Source: Macrostomum lignano
Taxonomy: Eukaryota
Direction of reading: 5' to 3'
Length of the DNA stretch: 46,308 bases
Assembly: GCA_002269645.1 (NCBI GenBank)
Contig: NIVC01004430.1
Location: forward strand, 1-46,308
A program made the position numbers and the translations under genes. This document shows positions 36,676-46,308 of the stretch, piece after piece; the stretch's first letter is position 1; every line of letters starts with the position of its first letter. The notes under the pieces were generated by a model, which worked only from the letters and a program-made list of their open reading frames with translations, did no database searches and was not told the DNA's origin.

Positions 36676-39511
36676 TTATTTATAACCATAAGGCCTGCTG
36701 CAGGCCCCGTACACGCGCTTCGTCAGGACGCGCTGAAACGTCTTGTCCATATTGATTGTGTGTATGGTACAAGACGCCTTGTCGCGCCTAAACTGAAGCT
36801 GCGGCAGCTGCAGGGAGCCGCCGTGTAGTAGGGCACTGCGCAATTCATCGCTGCGCTCCCGAATCTCCGGAGTCAGGCGGATGCCCTTGCACTTCAGGAC
36901 CTGACTCCGGGCACCGGCCGCATCCTCGACAATGTAAGTGTAGAGTTTGGGCCCCCCACTTACAAAGTCGGTCATCCGGCTGCCTGCGGGCACCTCATCG
37001 GTCCACATTCCGAGGCTCGTGCCATGGGGCGGCTCCCATTGGCCCTCGGAATGCCGGTAAACGACCCTGTGTGGGAGAGAAAACGAGATAATTGCTAACT
37101 ATTTACATGTAATCAATTCTAAAATAATTTTCCCAATGCAATACTTACGAGTCAGTGTCGCAGTAAATGGCCCGTTCGCCGAGCCCCTCCAATGCCTCAT
37201 ACAGGCGCAGCCGGGCCTGAGTGGTCGTAAAGACCCCGATTGGCACATTGGAGTACCGGAACGGCCGCTGATTAAAATAGCGGTGCCGGTACTCTAGCAG
37301 CATAAACTCGCTGCCAATCGGTTCGCAGGCCTTGACTTTGAGGTTGGGGTCGGTCAGCCGGGCGAGCCAGTCCTCGTAGCTGGATACAATTTCTGTCGAT
37401 GTCAGGTCATCACGCTGACAAAATTTGCCCCAGAGCCTGTGTGTTGTGAAAAGAAGTGCTACTGTTAGTAGAAGAAGAAAATCATTTAAAATACAAAAAT
37501 TTATGAATACTTACGAATTCAAAAAGATTTTCGCTACAAAGCGAAGTCCTGGGTTGGGCTCGACCTTGTCCAGCGTGACGCCCTCCTTGGCGTAAAAATC
37601 GGCAATGTAGGCGGCCTTGTCTTCATCCGACATGCCGGGGGAACCGCTCGACTCAGCCTTCAGCTTGAGAAAGGTGCTGACATAGTCACTGAACAGACCG
37701 GTCCGCTTCTCTGTCCAGTAGGCCAGCGCGTGCACCGCCTGCAGCCGGTAGCCCAACTGGAAGGCCTTCCGCAGCTCCGGCGTTGCCCAGGTACCAGTCA
37801 GTGCCCGCTGCTGGTCAGAGTGGTCGCAGCACTCGCCGCACTGCTGCTCCATACAGGTGCGGCAAAGCCCAAAAAAGAGCTTCTTTTGCACCCTGTAGGG
37901 CAGCAGCGGAATGTGCAAATCTGACGGCGGCAGCACTGTCACCTTGGCAATGCCAAAGTAGCTAGCCAGCGCGTCAGAATCGAGCACTTGCGGCGTCGGA
38001 TGTTGCACCGGGTGGCCAATCGGGTATGGGTCTTTCGACTGCACCGTCGGGTACAGAGAGACCTGCCAGTTGAAATAAAGCATTATTTTTTTTTCATAAA
38101 CTGTATTTTTTGCAAAATATTCTACTATATTAGTAGTATCGCTACTCACCACATCCCGATATTTGAGAGTCTCAGTCTCGCTGGCCACAGCATGCGGGAT
38201 AAAGCACTCTACGCGGCCACCGTAGAGCGCATCCTCCATCTTGAGCGGAGCGCGCAGATGTGCAGTTGCGGCGATAAAGTCGGCCTGCGACGCCAATACA
38301 GTGTCGTACTCATGCTCCCAAATGACTCGAACACTGTAATTGTGCCGCTCCAACTCGCGAGTGAACCACTCAGTCTCGTGGCGAATATGGCTCAGAGGCT
38401 GCCGTTTGAGCGGGTGGACGACATCCTGATCGGGCATACACTGCTCGCAGCCATGGTAGAAACAGCCATGAAACTGCAAAACAGTGTTGCTCGCCTCATC
38501 GAAGCCGTCCACCTTGCGGCCGAGAATGACAGCCTCGCCGCCAGTCGAGTCGCAGGTTCGCAGCCGCCCGCCAAATTCGGTGGCATTCAAATAGGCCAGC
38601 CACTTGCGCGCCTTGAACGACTGCTGGTCGGCCTGCCGGGCAATCACGCCGACCGAGTTGGGCTCCATAAACCGGGTGGTGAAAACGGCCATTGCCAAAC
38701 TGGCAATCGTATTGGCCTGAACAAATGGTTCCAGGCCGTCGCAAATTTCACCAATTATTGCCCTGTACTTGATGCAGCCCTCGCGAAGCAGGACTGTGTC
38801 GCTCAAACAATAATCGAGATATTCCCGATTAAAGTTGAACAACTCGCCCTGTCGCGAGGCTAGCCAAGCACAGATTGAGTCATAGTCCTTGTTCGCTTTG
38901 CCGCCATAATATTCAATAGCCGGGTAGGGGCCAACGTAGTTCCAATTAGCCGGCTTGTTAAACTCGTGGGGAAAGGTCCCCTTGGCCAGCTTTGTGTTAG
39001 CGAGCCCCAGAGCTTTGGGGAATTGCGCAAGCGGGATTGGTATAAAATTTAATGAATCTTTAAATACCAATTTATCCACCGTCATGCTCATTAGCCGGCT
39101 GCCCTGGAACAGTACTTGTGGCCGCTTCTTGGCCAGGCCGTTGAGTAGAGCGCCAAGCAGTAGGAACGAATCGTAGCCTGATGCATTGTGCGCTACAACA
39201 ATGGCGCCGCCTCGGAAAGCTGTGCTCAGCCAGGTGAAAAACGCATTCAGCGAGGCCGGGCCCACAGCCACAAAATCGGCCATTTGGCAGGCGCAGTCTG
39301 AGTGGCTGACGCAATTGGAGAATTCCTCCCCCAGATCGCGGCCAGTCAGACAATTGGCGGCGCTATGCAGGCCATTGCAGAGGCGGCAAGTCTCGCGCGG
39401 AAACGCCCGGCCGGAGCAGGTCTCGCAGCACGTGACGGCAGTCACCAGGTGCACGTGATGCTGCTTCTCCTCGTCCGTGTATGTTTCCGTATCGTAGAAC
39501 ACGTACGGCAT
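36676..39511 (-). CDS. Protein-primed family B DNA polymerase (Polinton type), 4 exons: 39511-38150, 38062-37515, 37436-37149, 37066-36676 (862 aa from the Met at 39511)
   Basis: ExoI FYDTET, ExoII HNASGYD, ExoIII YCLSD, Vsr-like insert (KVDGFD...QFHGCFYHGC...VIWEHE). After splicing: DV|VSLYP, KIFLNS|LWGKF, YCDTDS|VVY, GGPKLY, KCKGI, C-terminal RPYGYK*. Exon sum 2589 nt is divisible by 3. Confidence 0.93.
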
Positions 39512-39603
39512 AGTCGAAGCTTTCACTTTGGGAGCCTTGACGGAGCACAAATGCGGGCATGTCAAGTGCCCACTGTGTAAACAGTACGACGAGGCCGGCT
39601 CGC

Positions 39604-41170
39604 AGATGGAGGATGCGCTCTACGGTGGCCGCGTAGAGTGCTTTATCCCGCATGCTGTGGCCAGCGAGACTGAGACTCTCAAATATCGGGATGTGGTGAG
39701 TAGCGATACTACTAATATAGTAGAATATTTTGCAAAAAATACAGTTTATGAAAAAAAAATAATGCTTTATTTCAACTGGCAGGTCTCTCTGTACCCGACG
39801 GTGCAGTCGAAAGACCCATACCCGATTGGCCACCCGGTGCAACATCCGACGCCGCAAGTGCTCGATTCTGACGCGCTGGCTAGCTACTTTGGCATTGCCA
39901 AGGTGACAGTGCTGCCGCCGTCAGATTTGCACATTCCGCTGCTGCCCTACAGGGTGCAAAAGAAGCTCTTTTTTGGGCTTTGCCGCACCTGTATGGAGCA
40001 GCAGTGCGGCGAGTGCTGCGACCACTCTGACCAGCAGCGGGCACTGACTGGTACCTGGGCAACGCCGGAGCTGCGGAAGGCCTTCCAGTTGGGCTACCGG
40101 CTGCAGGCGGTGCACGCGCTGGCCTACTGGACAGAGAAGCGGACCGGTCTGTTCAGTGACTATGTCAGCACCTTTCTCAAGCTGAAGGCTGAGTCGAGCG
40201 GTTCCCCCGGCATGTCGGATGAAGACAAGGCCGCCTACATTGCCGATTTTTACGCCAAGGAGGGCGTCACGCTGGACAAGGTCGAGCCCAACCCAGGACT
40301 TCGCTTTGTAGCGAAAATCTTTTTGAATTCGTAAGTATTCATAAATTTTTGTATTTTAAATGATTTTCTTCTTCTACTAACAGTAGCACTTCTTTTCACA
40401 ACACACAGGCTCTGGGGCAAATTTTGTCAGCGTGATGACCTGACATCGACAGAAATTGTATCCAGCTACGAGGACTGGCTCGCCCGGCTGACCGACCCCA
40501 ACCTCAAAGTCAAGGCCTGCGAACCGATTGGCAGCGAGTTTATGCTGCTAGAGTACCGGCACCGCTATTTTAATCAGCGGCCGTTCCGGTACTCCAATGT
40601 GCCAATCGGGGTCTTTACGACCACTCAGGCCCGGCTGCGCCTGTATGAGGCATTGGAGGGGCTCGGCGAACGGGCCATTTACTGCGACACTGACTCGTAA
40701 GTATTGCATTGGGAAAATTATTTTAGAATTGATTACATGTAAATAGTTAGCAATTATCTCGTTTTCTCTCCCACACAGGGTCGTTTACCGGCATTCCGAG
40801 GGCCAATGGGAGCCGCCCCATGGCACGAGCCTCGGAATGTGGACCGATGAGGTGCCCGCAGGCAGCCGGATGACCGACTTTGTAAGTGGGGGGGCCCAAA
40901 CTCTACACTTACATTGTCGAGGATGCGGCCGGTGCCCGGAGTCAGGTCCTGAAGTGCAAGGGCATCCGCCTGACTCCGGAGATTCGGGAGCGCAGCGATG
41001 AATTGCGCAGTGCCCTACTACACGGCGGCTCCCTGCAGCTGCCGCAGCTTCAGTTTAGGCGCGACAAGGCGTCTTGTACCATACACACAATCAATATGGA
41101 CAAGACGTTTCAGCGCGTCCTGACGAAGCGCGTGTACGGGGCCTGCAGCAGGCCTTATGGTTATAAATAA
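39604..41170 (+). pseudogene. Inverted duplicate of the pPolB C-terminal half (same three introns; extra G at ~40888-40894 breaks the frame)
   Basis: MEDALYGGRVE...RPYGYK* identical to the left copy where translations are given. G7 here versus C6 at 36952-36957. Confidence 0.88.
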
Positions 41171-41903
41171 TGTGGCCCTTGCTTAATAAATATCTTGTTA
41201 AATTTGACTGAGTAAAATCTATTTATTGTTGTACATATTTTGCATGTTAAATTAATGAAGAGTTACATACTACTATACAAATGTACATAAAGCATTTTTG
41301 TATTGTATGCAGCGAAATTGCCAATGTAAAAATCTATTGTACATATTTTGCGTGTCAAACTTGTTTAAAATTATTTATGAAAAGAAAATTAATGAAAAAC
41401 AATGTAAAATTTTCTGTATATTCTATTTGCTGGTAATGCTGTACATAAATTATTTCCTGTAATATGCTACTGATTAAATGTAAATATATCTTCATTGTAA
41501 ATACTTATACATGATGTACGCTACACGGTTAGTTGACTCATTTGGTAGTAGATGAGATTAGTAATTCTCGCCTCTGTGTACATGTAGCATTGTACATGTA
41601 ATGTTGGTGCGCGCGCGCTGGGGATGACACTGTAGATTAATGCACATGTACATATAGAATTGGGGATAGACAATTTGGGATAGGGATTAATGTACATGGA
41701 ATTAATGTACAATTTGAGATAGATAGGGATTAATGTACATGGTATTAATATGAGCACATGGATTATTACAACTACATATTGCCACATCACGCTTAGGATA
41801 GCGTTTTTGTATACTACTTACTTCATTTTCAGATAGTAGTATAATTTGCGTTTTTTGCGTCAAATCTGCCTGAAAACCCTGCTCTATCTGCGCATTACGT
41901 AGT

Positions 41904-42210
41904 AGCATCCCCCCAGATAGCATCCCCAGATAACAAGCATCCCCAGATAGCAAGCATCCCCCCAGATAGCATCCCCCAGATAGCAAGCATCCCCTGATAA
42001 CAAGCATCCCCCAGACAGCAAGCATCCCCCAGACAGCAAGCATCCCCCAGATAGCAAGCATCCCCTGATAGCAAGCATCCCCCAGACAGCAAGCATCCCC
42101 CAGACAGCAAGCATCCCCCAGATAGCAAGCATCCCCTGATAGCAAGCATCCCGGCCCCTGATAGCAAGCATCCCCCCTGATAGCAAGCATCCCCCCAGAT
42201 AGCAAGCATC
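41904..42210. repeat. ~18-bp minisatellite, right part of the split array
   Basis: Same GATAGCAAGCATCCCCCA unit and same orientation as 35150-35942. Confidence 0.93.
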
Positions 42211-43009
42211 TTTGGATAGAAAGAATCCCATACATGTAGCTAGTACCCCTCTCTCCCAAATAGCAAGTACACCCCCCCCCCTAGAGAGCCTAAGATATCA
42301 GCATCCCCAGTGAGCTTTGGCAATCAGACTCCCTTGTAAGCCATGGCTTAAACCCTAACTCTCCCTTTGACCTGCCTTTGGCTTGGTGCACCAACAACTT
42401 CCAATTGATCCTTGGCATCTCAGCAACCGGCCTCCATGAGTCAGCCCAGGTGGCACGAAGTACTTTAGAAGTACTTAACTAAGTCTTATCGCAGCAAAAT
42501 TACATTTTATTACTGTGTAGTGAATTAAATATTTTTAAGCAAAATTAATAGAGATTTAAGTGACACGCGCACCTGAGAACAAGAAGAATACGAGCTATGA
42601 ATGGACCTACAATTTGCCAGAGGGAGTAGTTTTGGAGTGCAAGCAAGCTTCGTAAAAGTCAAGGTACGAGTGGTACATGGACCTGATCGGTGGCTGTAGA
42701 GTGTAGACTGTTTGGCTGTCAAATGCATAAAAATGGCCGTTCAACAAACTGTCCTGTCAACCTCCCGAGAATTTCGCTTTAATATGTCTCATAGTTTAAT
42801 GTGAGTTCTTAGAGTAGAGGTTTGCGTTTTTTTCTTGTGAGATTTTAATTTTGACCAATTAGGCTTACCTTAAGTCCCACAATCACTGCTAATCGCAAAG
42901 AACTTTTGGAACTCTTAATTTTAGCTTTAACTTCGAATGCATTATGTTCTTGACTTTGTCCTGCGAATTATTATAAATATCTAATGATAGCAACACTTAC
43001 TTTATTGGA

Positions 43010-43335
43010 TTCCCTTTCCATATAAACTATCAGAGGGTGTCCTTAAAGGGGCCGTTTTACATGTACTCTTCCTATACATGTGCAAACTATAATGCTAGCT
43101 TATTGATGACGCTATTTGTTTGCATTAATCTAATCTAACTTATTTTGTTACACAAAGAAACAACCATCTCATACATCCCTTCCCATATAAACTATCAGAG
43201 GGTGCCCTTAAAGGGGCCGTTTTACATGTACTCTTCCTATACATGTGCAAACCATAATGCTAGCTTATTGATGACACTATTTGTTTGCATTAATCTAATC
43301 TAACTTATTTTGTTACACAAAGAAACAATCATCTC
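43010..43335. repeat. 165-bp tandem duplication, each unit with a degenerate histone-type stem-loop on the minus strand
   Basis: CATATAAACTATCAGAGGG at 43019 and 43184. Reverse complement reads AAAACGGCCCCTTTAAGG(A/G)CACC. Confidence 0.85.
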
Positions 43336-43814
43336 GGGTAAAATGAGATTAACTAGGCTCACAAATCTTTCTTTGAAATTTTAGTCTTACAACTTAAGCT
43401 CCGTCTAGTTTAGGCCTAGCCCAGTTTTACGAGAAAAAATATTTAAACAATACACAGATAATAGAGACCTAACTATATAATCATACTTCAATTCTTAATC
43501 CTGGCTCGTTTATTCGAAGGAAGAGTGCAGTTTGAGCGGGTCTTTAGCTTGCTTTCTTGCTTTTTGTTCTTTTTCTTGTCCAGACTCCACTCCAGACCAA
43601 ACCTACAGCCAGAGTTGTCACGTTCATATCAATTCTGCTTTATCCTGCTTTGTCTGTTGAAATTTGTGTTGTTCGGTTAGTTCATTTCTACTTCTTTCGT
43701 TCGAGTTTGTAGCTTTCTTAGGATTAGCAGGCTGCTATAGAACAAATAAAACTTGCAGTTCTACTTAGAGTAGAAGTGCGCATAAAAAATGATAGAAATT
43801 TAACATAATTTTAT

Positions 43815-43900
43815 CAGCCAATAAGAATACGATTCATAAATTATGATAATAGAAACTGCGCTATATAAACACGCGTTTTCTCATCTCGCCGCCATTCACC
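43815..43900 (+). promoter_or_regulatory. Histone H3 promoter: CCAAT box, TATA box, CATTC cap motif
   Basis: AGCCAATAAG at ~43816, CTATATAAA at ~43861, GCCATTCA at ~43891, ATG at 43960. Confidence 0.65.
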
Positions 43901-43959
43901 ATCCCCTTGTCGTCAGAGGACTATTAAATTCATTTTGCTTTGTAGTTAAATAGGAAGAG

Positions 43960-44369
<410 letters not shown>

Positions 44370-44472
44370 ACTTTCCAATCGTCTCGCAACGTATCCCGGT
44401 GATCCTTCGATTGGTTAGCTTCGTCTCGACATCGGCATATAACAAAAGTCCGTCCATAGCAAACTCAACGCT

Positions 44473-44499
44473 AAAACGGCCCTTTTCAGGGCCACCACA
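44473..44499 (+). terminator. Histone mRNA 3' stem-loop
   Basis: AAAAC GGCCCTTTTCAGGGCC ACCACA, ~108 nt after the H3 stop. Confidence 0.93.
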
Positions 44500-45449
44500 T
44501 TAAATTGATGTCAAAATCGCCTGCTTAGTTTAGTCAAAACCCCCTGCCTAAACTTTTATCGAACAGCTGCTGAGCTGTAATAATCCTTTTTACTCAAAAC
44601 AGGCAATGTGCTACATTACTGTATGTTCGTACAGAAAAATTTACGGAATGTCTATAAAAACCCAACTGTGTAACTTTGGGTAGAGATCGTGATCTTAGCT
44701 TAATGCACATAAGAGTATTTATTGTAAGTTACATTACTTACATTAAAGTTTGTTTAGGATTCAATCCTGTACTTCGTGAACCTCAACGGCTAGTTGACAA
44801 TTTTGCACTTGCACGGTAATAAAACGGCCCTTTTAGGGGCCGTGAAGGAATTGCTATTTAATGGCTGAATTTAGGAATTTAGGGTGAAGGAAGTTAAAGT
44901 AAACATATGTCATTGTTTAGCAATTTGACGATCATTATTCACAATTTTAATGCAGAACAATCCGTTACTACAAACAATGCATTGTCTGTAGGATCGGCAA
45001 ACAGAAAAACAATGCAAAGAATCAGCGGTCGCAGCACGTGACAGCGATTTGTCTATGGCTCGCGCCTACAGGCGCTCGCCAGACAATCGTCACGCACTGG
45101 GACAGCTGATTATTTATCCATGGTGTACGCTCATTTTTCAACGCTTCGAAGTCAATTTAATATAAGGCTACTAAAATTCATTCATGAAACAATGCATGTG
45201 CTTAAGCAATAAAGACTTAGGTAGACAATGATTAATTTTTTCACTAGTGGCGGAGCCACTCGCTTCATGTAGCACTTTTTAATATCAATTTGGTTGATTA
45301 GCCAGGTGTTAAGACGCTGGTCTTGTTCTTCGTCGAACCTTCACAACGTAGAAAACTTAGCAGCCACATTCACAAGATCGAAATTTCGCAACGCAGAAAA
45401 CTACACTGCATGGTTCTTGTTATATCAGGTTTTCGACGTGAAATTTCGG

Positions 45450-46308
45450 GGTCCACCCCAACTGCCGGCCGGAAAACTGCTAGTCGACAACTGCCAGCCG
45501 ACAACTGCCAGCCGGAAAACTGCCAGCCGACAACTGCCAGTCGACAATTGCCAGTCGACAATTGCCAGACGACAATTGCCAGCCGAGAAAACTGCCAGCG
45601 AGAAAAACGCTAGATGTACGCCAGACAAAGCGTTTGTACGCCGGAATTTTCCGGCGTACACTACACCTTCCGCAATATGGCATTCAGGATCTAGCTAGAA
45701 AGTAGACAGCTTTGTTTACTATTTATTAAATCAGTTTATTATTCAGCAAAAACAGGTTGCCATTGCATTGTTACAGAAATCAGTTAGCCTAGCTACAAGT
45801 TGTTTTGTTTTATCGCCAACAAAAGTTTGTAAGCTTGTGCGGCATGTGCGCGAATCAGAGCTGGCAACTTTCGGCTCCTGCACGAACATCTTGGTTCAAA
45901 TTTCGTATTTTAGGTAGCCTTTGCTCTTTCTTTTGAAAGCTTTATTTAAGTAAAGTAATTTAATAGACTTTTCTAGGATTGCGTCATATAGCAATCGCAA
46001 TCGCAAATTAAATAATAAAGTAAATGAACTTTCAATACAAATATATTTACAATAGGCATTACAGAATGCCTTCTCTTTCACATATACACTTCTAATGGAA
46101 ATCTGAAAAAATTAGGGAAGGGAAGGGCGACATTTAAGGCTACCCCACAAGCCTTTTGCTAGCCAAACAGTTTCGTACTTTTTACTTAGCTAATAAGTAG
46201 GCTACAGTAGATTCAATTAGCTAGAACTTGTCGGCTGGCAGTTGTCGACTGGCAGTTTTTCCAACTGGCAGTTTTCTCGGCTGGCAATTTTCGGCTGGCA
46301 GTTGTCGG
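45450..46308. mobile_element. Element with inverted arrays of 14-15-bp subterminal repeats; runs off the window end
   Basis: GACAACTGCCAGCC array at ~45460-45600 and its reverse complement GGCTGGCAGTTGTC from ~46228 to the end. Confidence 0.65.

Larger units (their letters stand above)
35943..41903. mobile_element. Polinton/Maverick-derived palindromic element: ~2.3-kb inverted arms (35943-38241, 39604-41903), 1.36-kb spacer, 6-bp TSD
   Basis: Termini ACTACGTAATGCGCAGATAGAGC... and ...GCTCTATCTGCGCATTACGTAGT. AGCATC at 35937-35942 and 41904-41909. Mirror-image ORF pairs have identical translations. Contains pPolB only. Confidence 0.9.

Noticed and set aside
37988-39857. ORFs 37988-38863(+), 38955-39580 and 39363-39857(-) as extra Polinton genes (integrase, ATPase, capsid)
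   Set aside because: Antisense or alternative-frame shadows of the GC-rich pPolB CDS; no DDE, Walker A or jelly-roll-like motifs recognised.
35943-41903. Palindrome as a pure long-read adapter fold-back artifact
   Set aside because: An artifact would also mirror the flanks. Here the flanking minisatellite keeps the same orientation on both sides, there is a TSD, and the spacer has a complex unique junction. Not fully excluded without reads.
35942-41904. CACTA/EnSpm transposon, because the left end can be read CACTAC
   Set aside because: The right end is TAGTA, not TAGTG; there is no 3-bp TSD and no Tnp2 transposase. A 6-bp TSD plus pPolB fits a Polinton origin.

Overview
Repeat-rich eukaryotic (animal) DNA with GT-AG introns, many minisatellites and several 1-nt indels that look like long-read errors. 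The overall style suggests a free-living flatworm such as Macrostomum, but that is inference only. Host genes: ALAS (5' part, minus strand), ZNF622/Rei1 (minus), an ankyrin-repeat ORF that splices in frame onto a Mab-21/cGAS-like nucleotidyltransferase (plus), an intronless class A peptide-type GPCR (minus), REPS1/2-like (plus) and a solitary histone H3 with unusual substitutions. The most striking structure is a 5,961-bp element (35943-41903) inserted into a minisatellite with a 6-bp target-site duplication. It is a giant inverted repeat with ~2.3-kb arms. Its only gene is a Polinton/Maverick-type protein-primed DNA polymerase B that carries three spliceosomal introns in its catalytic motifs, and it looks like an integrated fold-back (copy-back) defective Polinton. 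Other features are a tRNA-derived SINE with a TSD, mariner MITE and fossil elements, and AT-rich domains with strong CpG->TpG/CpA/TpA decay that even contain host exons.
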